In this document: positions 1 through 11,666 of the stretch, in pieces
Numbering within the stretch: position 1 is the stretch's first letter
Layout of the letters: each line of letters begins with the position of its first letter
Source of the DNA: Seison nebaliae
Taxonomy: Eukaryota
Assembly: GCA_023231475.1 (NCBI GenBank)
Contig: JALJEE010002157.1
Span: forward strand, 62,001-103,006
Direction of reading: 5' to 3'
Length of the DNA: 41,006 nucleotides
The notes under the pieces: model-generated
The model's input: the letters and a program-made list of their open reading frames with translations, nothing else
Told to the model about the DNA's origin: nothing
Database searches by the model: none
Program-made: the position numbers and the translations under genes

Positions 1-106
1 TTTTCCTTTTAACCTCCCACTAATTCCCAGAAGAAAGTCTCCCTTTTCGTTCACCAATTTCCACAAATATTAAATGAATATAATTATTTTTTGAAAAATT
101 TTAGTT

Positions 107-1747
107 ATGACTCACATTTATCTTTATTTACTTTTGTCGATCTTCGTGAAATTTCTCCATTCTATCGACATTTCGGGAGAAGGAAAAATCTTCGGCTCAG
201 TTGGTCCATTTGATGAGATTGAAGAATTGACAAGTTCCCTCCACTTTCTCCAATGAAAACAAAACGGAATTTTTCCATTTTTAGAAATTCCAACATCCGA
301 AGACTTTTTCACCAAATTCGTACCACAAGATCGTCTTTGTGTCTTTAAGAATGTCGTCGAAGAATGGAAATTAACCGACAAAGATTTATTAAAAGTTTCA
401 CTTAAATTCTTTCTTGATTATTTCCGAATAACTTCTCGAAGTTATCTGAAGATGATAATAAACAGTATATGGTAGAAACGAAGAAAAAGGAGGTGAGGAG
501 ACAAGAGATCCGTCGAATTTCTTTCCAACATTTTATCGAAACTTATAATAAAACTTCGTATTATCTGGTCGATCCAGTACCGAAATTCCTTCGGTTATTC
601 ATTTTATATTTAAATTTTCATTTAAATGTAATTAATTTTTTAATTGATTGTGAATAGAACTCATGTTGAATTTCCTCGAATGTTCAATATACCTGTTAAT
701 GAGAATACTCCGACAAATTCGATTTTTACTCAAATTGTATATTCTTATTTTAAAAAATTTTTTAAATTTTTTTAAAAGTTATTATGGATGACAAGTGGTG
801 GAACGAAATCCGTTCCACATACTGATTCATATGGTAACGTCAATTGTGTCTATACGGGAATTAAACAATTCATTTTAATCGATAAGAGAAAATATCCGAA
901 TGCAGGACTGGAATTTATCAATCGAATTAATGGCGCTTATAGTTCTTTAGATGTCGATCAGTTTTCAAATTTATTCATTCAATTTATCATCATCAATAAC
1001 CATTTTTTTTTTAAATTTTAAATTTTTTCTTTTAGTGTCAGTTTCGATGATTTCCCTATACTGAAAAATGTTAATTTGATTCGAGTCAACTTAACAGCTG
1101 GTGATTGTCTTTTTATTCCTCCATTTTTGTTCGTTTTTTATTATTTTCATTTTTTCATTTAAATTCCGTATTTGTCAGTATTCATCAAGTCAATTCATAT
1201 GGGAGGACGATGGCAACGAATTTCTGGTACGATCCAATCTCAGCATTGAAAGTGTCGTTAAAAATCAAAAATATGAAACGTGATGAAATTGATCGTGTGA
1301 ATAAGAAGAGATTTACTGTAGATGATTTCGGTTCAAATTTACCAGATTCTCCCAGTGAAGCGAATCATTTCTCAACATTCGAAGATTATTTGTTAGTTTG
1401 AATTAATTTAAATTTTATAGAAATTGAAATAGGAATATCGAGAGGGAATACAATCTTCCAAATCCAGTTACTATCGAAGACGTTATTAGGAAAGTTGAAG
1501 ATAAATATGAACAATCAGCCACTATTGAGATGCAACATTATATTCAAGAAGTCTTCGATTATTTAGATGTAGACAGTGATGGATATATCACTGAATCAGA
1601 TTCATCAATAGGAAAATATGTTAGAATTTCAATTCAAAAAATTTTTTAATATTTTTTCTTTAGAGTATGGAATGTGTGAACATGGTGGGACAAGACATGT
1701 ATAAAGTAGCAATGAAAGAGATTCAAAAAGCGGCAAAGAAAATTTAA
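107..1747 (+). CDS. Signal-peptide-bearing JmjC (cupin-like 8) 2-oxoglutarate/Fe(II) oxygenase with C-terminal EF-hand; 9 exons
   Basis: Manual splicing (introns 234-284, 395-441, 594-657, 737-778, 961-1035, 1129-1178, 1392-1432, 1620-1663) gives a continuous frame: MTHIYLYLLLSIFVKFLHS... (hydrophobic N-terminus), LLWMTSGGTKSVPHTDSYGNVNCVYTGIKQF (HxD, K), VNLTAGDCLFIPPFFIHQVNSYGR (distal His), VFDYLDVDSDGYITESD (EF-hand), stop TAA 1745-1747. Confidence 0.85.
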
Positions 1748-1996
1748 TGAATGTACAAAAAAATGAGAAAAAATTGGAAAAAAATTTGTTGAATAAAAAT
1801 AAGTTATAATGATAAATTCTATATAAAAACAAATGTTGTATAAAACGAATTCTGCTATCATCTACTTCACAGTTTAGATCAGTCGAATCTTCTCAATGAA
1901 ACGAAATATATATATTGAAACTTCTTTCCATATTAAACATGTATTTTCGGTGATGAAGTCTCATTTGTCATACGATAAATATTATTATGAGTTGCG

Positions 1997-3575
1997 TCAT
2001 GAAGAGCGAAATTTTCAGCTTGATTCTATTTATTATTAGGGAAATTGAAATAAATTAATATTTATAATTTACTCAATAAATAAAATTAACCATCGTAAAT
2101 TTCCTTTCGTTAAATGACGTGTTTGACAATTCCTTCAAATCGAACACTGTTGTTGATTTCTTCCTCGATTTGGGTATATCAACTGGATTGGCTCGATTTG
2201 AAGCTACCTAAACAACAAGAGTAAAAATATTTTTTTTCGTATCAAAATTCAAAAACTTTTTGTTTTAAAGAAACGGAAGAATAATTATTAAATTTTTGTC
2301 TGTCATGCGAAAAATTTCTTTCGTAATTCAAATCGTCCATACGGGCCTTAGGGAAAGAGATTCTATAAGGAAAGTTTGGAACAATTGGAAAATTTGAAAA
2401 TTGAACCTGAGATATTGAGGATTCTCACGAGTTGCTGCAACTTTCGGATTGCGACATATGGGACAAATACTTTCTCCATTCTCGTCTGCTAAAGTTGGTT
2501 TGGGGAAGAATCTCCCATCCAACGAATAACCATGAATACATTGATGTCTAAAGAAGAAATGACAATGGAAAAGTTTTATGGAGGAAAAGAAAAACTTAAT
2601 TTTTTCATCTTCCAAAATTCTCTTATAATATTCATCCACTTGTTTTCGTCTTTCTTTCTTCTGATCATTCTTCATTTCTTTTTCCTTATTCTTTATATTC
2701 TTATTATTATTTTTGTTGTTGTTGTTATTGATAGATGATTGATAGGGAGAATCGTTATCAGATGAAAATGGATTAATTAATTTAAGTGACGATTGAATTT
2801 TTTTTCGACTTTCTTCTAAGCTTTGGTTACTCCTACTTTTCAACGATTGAAATGTTTTTAGTTTTGGTTCGGTTGACGAACATGTCAAAAAGTCATTTGT
2901 TCGTTGTTCTCTCTCATTCATAATTCGATCGACACGATCGATTTGCATTTCGATCATTCTCTTTCTTAAATCGTCTGTATTTGATACTAATTTCAATTCT
3001 TTGATTGATTCGGTTGGAGTGAGTTTGGAATTTGAATTTTTTAATTTTATCATTTCATCCGATTGACTGGTAATTAGCACTGTTGAATTTTCCGATGATT
3101 CAATTTCATTCGAACATGATATTTCCTTTTTACCTTTTTTTAAAATGGATCGAATACCTTTTTTATTTGAAAGTTGGTTCAAAGACATTTGACCAGATGA
3201 TGACGAATGTACATCACAAAATGAGACACTACGTTTTGGTCGTTGACTCTTCTTTTCACTTTCATCACACGAATGTGCTCCAGATGAATCATTCATATCT
3301 GTACGAGATGATTGTAAAACATAATTTTTCTTCTCTTTCATTTTACGATAAGTCCATTTGGATTGAGAAAGACCTTTTTGCATTTTATTCTTATTAATTG
3401 TTGACGAACGTTGTCGTGGTGTGGACGATAAACGCAATTCAGTAGTAGCTGTATATTTCGGAGAAATGATATTAGAGAGTAATTCCTGATTTCTTTGCTG
3501 ACATGACTGTAGTTCGGCCAACAAGGTTCGACTACGTTTAGCTAGATCGTTAGATGGAAATGTAGTTTTCTTCAT
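1997..3575 (-). CDS. MIIP: MIIP-like (migration and invasion inhibitory protein) homolog; ~5 exons
   Basis: Spliced C-terminal block HQCIHGYSLDGRFFPKP...CPICRNP...QYLRISFPKAR resembles the conserved MIIP domain (HxCxxxYxxxxRxFPxP...CxxC...RVSIP). Long low-complexity N-terminus. Introns 2548-2595, 2363-2406, 2208-2256, 2026-2090. The last exons are less certain. Confidence 0.65.
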
Positions 3576-4807
3576 CTTTTAATTAATTTTACTTTAGTTG
3601 TTCGCCTACGCCAATTTGACCCATGACCAATATTAGTATATGAAGAACGTTGTCTGATTTTCTCTCCAATTATTCGGGAGAAGATTAACAGAAGAATGAA
3701 CGAACAATAACCAAGGAAAATAAGAATTCCAAAATTAACTAATCGTCTTCCACATATGAAGGAAGTGAATAAAAATAAAATTCAAATTTTCAGTTTAAAC
3801 TATTCTCATAATTAATTCGTTTTATTCTGATATCTGTTTCTTTCATTTTCATATATACAAATCGAATTATGCATCTCTTCAGAGAACGTTCAATTTTTCG
3901 ACACATTTCATCGTTAATCATAAGAAGAATAATAGGAAGAATCAACTCCTTTCTCATTCATCAATTTCTCCACCCCAAAGAGATGAGAAAAAATATTTTC
4001 TTTTATTATCTTCACGTTTCATGTGGAAAATTCTCCTTCCCACTTTCTTATCAGTTTCAACCGAATGTTCATTCCATTCGCCCTTCCCTTCCATTTTCTT
4101 ATGAACATCATCATCATCGAATTAAGGTACGAAAATCGTAATTCCCTGTTCAATTCTCAGACGCTTCATCATAAAAATTTGATATGTTTATCCGATCAAC
4201 AAAACCTTGGAAATCTATTGCATTCTTTTTTTTTATAAGTTTCTTTCCTAATCCAAACATTCTCCAATCAATATAATAAAGAATGATAAATTTTATAATA
4301 TCAATAAAGGAAAACCAATTCAAAATAAATCAATTCACATAGTCGTTTATGAAGGAATTGTTGTTTGTTAAACAAATTTCTTCCCCAGAAAACTTTAATG
4401 AGATAATTTTTCTTAGAAAATCTGATTTTCTGCTATAAAATAAACTACTATAAAGAAAAATAAATAAATTAAAATTTTTAAGATAAAACGAAAATTTATT
4501 CAGGGTAATAATATATTCAATTTTTATTAAACTTTCACTTCAATTCTAACGTATTAGCCATGTTTTTTTAGTGAATAAAATAAAATGGATATTTTTAAAA
4601 ATTATCTCTAAATTAATTAATAAAATTTAATTTCATTATTAAATAAATGCTTAAATATATTCACCCTTCACTTCAATTAGTTAATTTTCTGCTTCACGAA
4701 CGAATAATATTAATCGAAATAATATTATTATAAACTGAAGATAAGGCTAAAATTTTATATTAAAAATGTGTTCTCTCAACTAAAATTCTATTTATTATTT
4801 ACAGATT

Positions 4808-4821
4808 GTTACCATAGTGAA
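4808..4821. promoter_or_regulatory. Candidate RFX X-box
   Basis: GTTACCATAGTGAA (reverse strand TTCACT-AT-GGTAAC) matches GTHNYY-AT-RRNAAC at 13 of 14 positions, about 70 bp upstream of the ATG at 4890. Confidence 0.4.
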
Positions 4822-4889
4822 ATTGAAAATAATTAGGATTATTGACGAACAAATGACTCAAGCGTCTTGAGCCCACTATCCATGTCTAA

Positions 4890-5402
4890 ATGAATGATCA
4901 GTGCGCATCCTCGACTCTTCTAAATGAATTACGACGAAAGGACATTGGTATTTTAGTGAATATTGAGTTGTTAGAGCAATGCATTGAAATTCATGAAGAA
5001 TTAAAACTTGTTTTCGAAATGGTAGAAGAAGATCAGTTTCTATCCAATCGCAGATTTAAAATGTCATATTTCAATCTTCATAACAAACATCAATCGAACT
5101 TGCATAATCAAATGGAAGAAATCCTGACTAATAAGAATATAAAAATGGAAGAGATCGAACAGTTTATTAGAGAAGAAATTAGTTACAAATTAGATCAAAT
5201 CAAATTTCTTCAAAACAATCAAACTCTGAGTATCGACAACGAAAGTGGAATCGATATCAATTCATCACCTTCGCCCAGCCAATCACCTTCAAGCAGTTCA
5301 TCTGCGTCGCCTCATGCCAAACGATTTCGTCAAATGATTGAACGGAACCGAGATAAATCGAATGCCAAATTACTGAGAACACGAAAACTATGGCGAATGT
5401 AA
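4890..5402 (+). CDS. LURAP1/FAM89-family leucine-rich adaptor domain protein, single exon, 170 aa
   Basis: N-terminal LNELRRKDIGILVNIELLEQCIE fits the LURAP pattern L-x-x-L-R-x-x-D-[VI]-x-[IL]-L-x-x-L-x-x-L-x-x-x-I-E. Ser/Pro-rich tail. Confidence 0.55.
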   Translation: MNDQCASSTLLNELRRKDIGILVNIELLEQCIEIHEELKLVFEMVEEDQFLSNRRFKMSYFNLHNKHQSNLHNQMEEILTNKNIKMEEIEQFIREEISYKLDQIKFLQNNQTLSIDNESGIDINSSPSPSQSPSSSSSASPHAKRFRQMIERNRDKSNAKLLRTRKLWRM

Positions 5403-5599
5403 ATAATACGGAGATATTGTTTAATTATGTTTAAAATTATTGGAATAATTATTCCATAGTTTATTGTTCAATAAATTGAGTTAACTGATAATCATTTGTT
5501 ACAAATTGTCTAACTTAACGGATATCGTTCATTGATATTAATCCCGTTTATCGTTCAGAAAAAGAGACTCTCTATTAACATAAAATTAATTAACGTTTC

Positions 5600-6145
5600 C
5601 TGAATAAGATCTTTTCGTCTGAAAAAAACACCTCTTCAAAATTGGTGCAGATTCCAATTCTTTTTTTTGCATATTCGAGACGTTTCTTTCGATGAACGGA
5701 ATATTTATCTTCCGTTTTTAAATTATTCTTCCGTTTTTAAATTTTGTTTGATGAATGAAATTCGATACAGTTTGACGACATACGCAAAGTTCCAGTTTAT
5801 TCATTATTTGTTGCAATCTCGACTCCGGATTGCTTCTACAATATCTCCTTATGTTGGTCTTATCTGGTCCACGATTGGATTTTCGCTTACCATCAGTAAC
5901 TTTTCCTGATTTTACAATTTCCCCAATGGTAGATTTAGGTCAGTTAATTTTGGAAGCTATGTTTCGGGTTTAGTTTCTATGTTTAATTTAGGTACATACT
6001 ACTTTCTTACTTCGAGTCATTTTGAAGATTTTAATTTATAAAACTAATTAAAATTCATGTTTTTTGCGTTTAAAAACATGAAGGTTAATTATGCAATTTA
6101 TACATTATGCAAATTCCGATGTCCGAGATATTTTAAGACGTACTG
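5600..6145 (-). mobile_element. Decayed, truncated Tc1/mariner-superfamily (Tc1-like) DNA transposon
   Basis: Minus-strand translation from ATG 6020 with stops and frameshifts: ..RNIASKIN*PKSTIGEIVKSGKVTDGKRKS..DKTNIRRYCRSNPESRLQQIMNKLELCVCRQTVSNFIH.. / VHRKKRLEYAKKKNWNLHQF / EEVFFSDEK. This covers both HTH motifs and the first catalytic Asp. The 5' end reads TA|CAGTACGTCTTAAAATATCTCGGACA (TA at 6146-6147), typical of a Tc1 TIR and TA target. No second TIR found. Confidence 0.8.
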
Positions 6146-6325
6146 TATATATTTGTTTTTACAATATTTGATAGTTTTATTTGATATAGTTTTTTAAACT
6201 TATGCAAAACACCAAATTAGACTGTGAATTAGTTAAGTTTCGAATTTGTACAAGATAATTTTTTATAGGTCAAAATTTAATTTTTTAGATTGTTTTCACA
6301 TTATTTTTCCTGTATAGAAATAAAA

Positions 6326-9300
6326 TTACTCCATCTCTTCCAGACTACCTCGTTCAAATCTTTCATCCGCTTCCCATTCTAATTCAGTTTCCCTTAAATG
6401 TCTGGTTGTTAAATTAATTCCAACTCTGTCTTCATAGAGATTTGTCCGAAAAAAACAATAGTCGAATAATTTTCCGGCTAATAATAAGAATAATCCTACA
6501 AATAATGTACCGAAAAGTAGATCGATGTTTAATTCGGGACTAGGATCCGGTACAGTGGCGCTCTCTGGATAGGTTACACTTAGGAAGAATCTACAAACCA
6601 TATTATTTCCATAGACGTCTCTCAAGAAACATTTGACCATCGACCTTAAAGTTGGCACATAAAGAAGAGGTTTTAGTGTATGTGTTTTCTCATCAAGTTC
6701 CAACGGGCGGTTACTCTTCCCATATTCCATACTACATTTCACACGCATACCAGTCGTGTTTAAAGTGAAAGTGATATTGGCAAATCGACGATAACGACCA
6801 CGAACATAAGCGACGACATCTCGGTAACAATTGACATGTTCAAAATGCTTTTTCTTCACTGTAATATAAGTACTACCAATTTGGGTGTGTTCACCGGAAT
6901 AATGTCTACCAAGACATTTGTATTCCCCTGATGTAGCTTCAGATAACGACTCTATTTCGATGGTACGATATCTTTGATCTTCCAGTTCCTTCCCATTCAA
7001 AAACCATGTGTATTCCAACGCTTGTCTATAATCTAAAGAAAATGGAATTTTTATGAAAAAAGTTTTATTAATTTAACCGATAACACTTCGACAGTTTAAT
7101 TTTATATGACTGCCTTCAACTAAAGCAATACCCATACTTCTTGAGAGGTAAGTTGGTTTAGTACCTTCTTTAAGATAAGTGAAAGCGAGATTTGCCTTAT
7201 TTTCAACGCCTAGCATATAATGACATTGTTGGCTATTATTGCCCACATTAACTTGACAAACAATATGTTGAATTTCTTTACTAGTCAACTTATAACCGCG
7301 GCGCAAACGCCTCAACGGAGTTGAGCTTAAACATTTTAGTTGCCTCCATTTGATGGTTTTCTTACTTGCTGTAATAATTTGGGGTTTTGGTAATTTGGAA
7401 TCTGATACATCTTTCTGCGCATAGAACCTACTACAATCCATTGAGACAACATCAATCTTTTTGATAATTAATGGTAGAACTGCATCATTTCTATACAAAT
7501 CCTGATTGTTGATACTGATGGGCATACATCGGAAGATGTTAGATTGTTTCATTCCAGGTTTCACGTGAGACCATTTAAAGGTAGGTAGACTTTGGTCGCT
7601 AAGTACACGTCTAAATTTATTAGAAGCAATATCGAGATAATCCAATCGAAATATAGCATTAGGTGAGGGAAACTCGAGTTTCTCATTACGTGGATGACAC
7701 ATGAGTTCCATGTCTTTCGTTGCACTTTCATCAATCTCCACGACTAAAGGGACAGTTTTCTCATAAAACGGTCTGTTACTTCCCGTTAGGAGAATGTTGG
7801 GTGCTACAACTTTAGTGAGTTTCTTGATCTTTGGATGGAGTTTACCGCGTCTTCCATAAACCGAATTATGGTAATCACTTAAATATCCGTTGATATTTCC
7901 TTGCCCGAATACTAAGTCGTAACCATACGCCATATAGATTAGTTTATTGAGCTTAAGGTAATTATTAATACTCACAAGATTGGAATAGATTAAATTGCAC
8001 GTTATTTCATTCTTGACTATTCGATGTACAATTTCATCAAAATGGTCATGACTCGAGTCTAATTCTAAGAGGATGCACAGGATATTATGTTGTGAATGCA
8101 TGCATTCTTTCATCGGAAGTGATTTATTTAGTGGTTCGTCAAAAAAATAGAGAGCCATCTTATCTTTAATTATAAAATGAGCCGGTTTAACATTGCGAGG
8201 TTTCAAATATCCTGGCAGCTGGTCTTCCCAATGTGTAGATAACTTGAAAACTTCGTGTATACAGTGATGCATATCATGATCCTCTCCATGATTATCGTAA
8301 TCTACTCTACATTCAATGGAAATCTTTTGTAGATCAAGTAACGGGATGCATCTCTCTGTCGTATCTTCTGGGTGAAATTTCATGGTTCGCTGGCCTTTAT
8401 ACTTCACTTTTCTAACATGTATTCTTATGTTGTCGTCAATAATCTGGACAACATTATATCCCAAACCCGGTACGGGAACGTATTTGGTGAAGCCCTCGTC
8501 AATGAAAAGAGTTTTCTGAAGGATTTTTGAACTGGTTAGATCTCTTACTCCAAATAAATAGAAATCAGCATTCTGTGACTTACTATACTGACTTACGATA
8601 TTATCTGCAGTTATTTGACTTTTCGCCCTTCTCCGGTCCATACGAGTTGATATGAGTCCTAATGTACTGATCTGCAATATATCACATAATGTGTAAACAC
8701 CGGCAGGACTAACCGGTGTACTTACCAATTTCAAAGCGTACCGTTTATCAGGATTATAGTCTGACTTGACGTAAATATCACCTCGGATATTTTCCATTAG
8801 ACGATTATCCATTGGTAATACTCGCCTGGCTTCTTCGTCAGCATATACAATATGATCTCGATTATGAATAACTGCATATAATGGAGATAAGCGTGATTGA
8901 TATCCAAGATGTTGGTTATCAGCCACAAACCGTAAATTGCCCTGCATCTGATATCGTTTCAATGCGAATGTAATACCTTGAAGATATGCCGCTTTGTGGT
9001 ACTTTGGAAGACCTCCAAGACTTAATTTTGGGTTATTTTTAATATACCATAATATTCGGTAGGCAGGTAAAAAAGACAAAATAATGGTAATCTGTTCTTC
9101 TTCTATTTCTTTTTTAGTAAAACTGAATATTCTCGTCCATGCTAATGCCTTGAATGTTTTATAATAGAGCACTTTAAAATATGTATGTCTCGGTTGCAAA
9201 TCAGGTAACGTAATAATATTCTTCGGATTCATTCGATGTTTATAATAGAAATCTGAAATGGTTGTCCAATCCTTCATCTTCCAACACTCTCTTACCACCA

Positions 9301-9382
9301 CTCTACTTTTAATTGCATCTGAAGGAACTAAAAAATTTAGTATTGATATTAGGAGGATTTCCCTTTTCCACAAAACTACCAT
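6326..9382 (-). CDS. ~1003-aa type I transmembrane protein with Ig-like and HYR-like extracellular domains; 2 exons
   Basis: ATG 9382 gives a signal peptide MVVLWKREILLISILNFLVPSDA. A 45-nt intron (7033-7077) joins the two ORFs into an Ig domain (IKLNCRSVIDYRQALEYTWFLNG...SGEYKC). HYR-like ends occur at IVCQVNVGNNSQQCHYMLGV and VKCFLRDVYGNNMVCRFFLSVT. TM segment LLFGTLFVGLFLLLAG, short acidic cytoplasmic tail. Confidence 0.8.
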
Positions 9383-9858
9383 TGTAAGTGCAACTTTCAA
9401 ATGTTAACATCAAAGTTACTGTTATAATTAACCGTTCAAGGAGACATATCATTCATCTTATGAAATAATTTCATCACAGCAGAAATTATTTCTCTGGACA
9501 GTTTTTCTATTAATAAGCTTTCAGTAACATTAATCCTCCATTCAACATTTTTTCTATTTTCTATTATTTTTTAAAACTTTCTTTTTTCCATAAATTTTCA
9601 TATTAAAATAATTTAAAGTTCTCACAGAATCTGTCAGAATTTAAGAACTAAATTAAAAATTGTAATTTCTCCAAAACTTCTCAACATTTAGCAATAAACT
9701 TCAGAATTGTAATTTAAAATTTTTCTTTTAGGAAACTACATTTTCATGTGGATGTAGAAAATATCAATATCTCTCACATGATATATTAGATGATGGGAAC
9801 ATAACAAGTTTTATATTTTTGACGTTAAAAACAGAAATAATTTAAAATTGAAAATATC

Positions 9859-11337
9859 TTAATATAATTCATAGAGGACATTAACTAAGCTTTTAGGAAT
9901 TGCTATTTCTGATGTATGAAAGAAAGAGTTTGCACACTTACGTTTTGCCATACTGATATTCTTAGCGTCCTTTAAAACTAGAGAACATCGACGAAATATC
10001 GGAAACTCTTTCGTACCAGGAACCAAATGTAATTGTTGGGAATTCTTCTTTTCATGTTGTCCTTTATTCAGTTGGTACCATAAACGATGTCTCATTATTC
10101 CAGTTACAAGAACGTCGTCGATCCAGAATTCTCTCATATAATATGATAGAATAGCGATCGATTTTATATACACCGGTTTTGCCAAATATCCGTAACCGAT
10201 ACAATAATGAGGATAAGTTTTAAACGGATATTCTTCACAAGTGGCTTTCCATTTACCACCACGTAAAGCATTTCCACTAACTATCGTTAAACATGTCACG
10301 TCATGATGTGTCTGTTCATATACCGTTTGTCGTTCCTGTAAACTTTTAGTAATGAGACGAATATTTGGAATGACATCATCGTCAATTTTCAGAATGAAAT
10401 CAGGTTGAATAAATTTGTACTTCCAATCAATTCTCCCATTTAAATTATAAAACGGTTTGAGAAATGTATTTGAATTTTTCATTTGTTGTCGTTTCATAAT
10501 ATTACTTAAAGTTGAAGAAGAAAAATATCGATTAAACCAATTTATCCAACTCACATGTTTCACCACCATATTCCTATACTCTTCCGTCACATTCAAAACG
10601 AGATATGAAGAATAAGATGATACTTTCAAAATGAGTGGTAATACTTTAAAACTGTTAACGGTAACATGTTTCCCATGATTGATGACGAACTCTTCGAACG
10701 ATAAAGTGTTCACTTGAAAGAATTGTGATTGATAATATAATTCTGAAATTTTCGTATAATCTTTCCAATCTTCATTTTGAATTAAACCGACGACATAAGT
10801 AATCCGTATTAAAAAACCGTTAATGGCGGAATATTTTGAAACAATCTTTTCGAGAATGGTCTGTCGTAATTCATATCTTTCCAATCGACCAGTATGAACT
10901 ATAATCAATAAATATTTATTAATTCTTCTTCTCCTCAAATCATCGAAATCGATTCCTTTTATTTTGAAATCATCTTTCTCATCATCAAAAAAAAGAATTG
11001 CTGGTAAATTGAATGGTTGGAGAATAGTATTGACAATCTTCTTTTTCAAAGGATTTTTTGAATAGTTTCCGAAGTAAAATTTATCTACATTCTTCGAATT
11101 GTTACATTCTTTTCCTATTTCTGAATACCATAAATTCTCTTTATTATCATACGATGAATTGATATGTCGAATGACATTCTTATACAAATTTTCATGATTA
11201 TTAATTATTGATGAGGTTTCATTCTGATCATTTGGGTAATCGATTATTAAATTTTTTATTGTTATAATTATAATAATGAGAAGAATAAATAGAAAGAGAA
11301 TTTTCCGAAATTTCGATCTGATAAATAAACTTAACAT
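9859..11337 (-). CDS. GT31-family beta-1,3-galactosyl/GlcNAc transferase, type II membrane protein, single exon
   Basis: N-terminal TM (ILFLFILLIIIII), EEYRNMVVKH, FILKIDDDV (DxD), YPHYCIGYGY and WIDDVLVTG motifs of the Galactosyl_T family. Confidence 0.9.
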   Translation of the reverse strand: MLSLFIRSKFRKILFLFILLIIIIITIKNLIIDYPNDQNETSSIINNHENLYKNVIRHINSSYDNKENLWYSEIGKECNNSKNVDKFYFGNYSKNPLKKKIVNTILQPFNLPAILFFDDEKDDFKIKGIDFDDLRRRRINKYLLIIVHTGRLERYELRQTILEKIVSKYSAINGFLIRITYVVGLIQNEDWKDYTKISELYYQSQFFQVNTLSFEEFVINHGKHVTVNSFKVLPLILKVSSYSSYLVLNVTEEYRNMVVKHVSWINWFNRYFSSSTLSNIMKRQQMKNSNTFLKPFYNLNGRIDWKYKFIQPDFILKIDDDVIPNIRLITKSLQERQTVYEQTHHDVTCLTIVSGNALRGGKWKATCEEYPFKTYPHYCIGYGYLAKPVYIKSIAILSYYMREFWIDDVLVTGIMRHRLWYQLNKGQHEKKNSQQLHLVPGTKEFPIFRRCSLVLKDAKNISMAKRKCANSFFHTSEIAIPKSLVNVLYELY

Positions 11338-11666
11338 TATATTGACGCATATGTGGAAGGGGAATTTTTTTGAAAGATGCTCACAAAAATCAATTATTTG
11401 AAGAAGAAATCATTTTGAGAATTTTCTTCTTTTCAAAGAAGCACGAATGCTACAATACTTATCATTTTCAGATTTGACAATACTTTCCCTTTGTCTCCTC
11501 TTTCACTTATTATAATTAGTCGATCGACACAGACTGAAGAAGATGAAGATGATAAAAAAAAGAGAAGATGGAACTTCATATTGTCATTTCATTAAATTTC
11601 GATTATTGGAAAGAAGTTGCGTTAAAATATATATGATACAAGAAAATGAAAAATAATGGAAAAAGT

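Noticed and set aside
99..109. Acceptor-like TTTTAG/TTTCAG just before several ATGs (107, 30288, 34042) as evidence of SL trans-splicing
   Set aside because: Plausible cis donors lie 45-60 nt upstream (e.g. GTT at 49, GTA at 30240), so ordinary 5' UTR introns explain it. It cannot be resolved without transcripts.
6326..9382. Horizontal transfer or viral origin of the Ig/HYR gene because of its long exon and different composition
   Set aside because: It has a host-type 45-nt GTT-AG intron and metazoan-type domains. Composition alone is insufficient.
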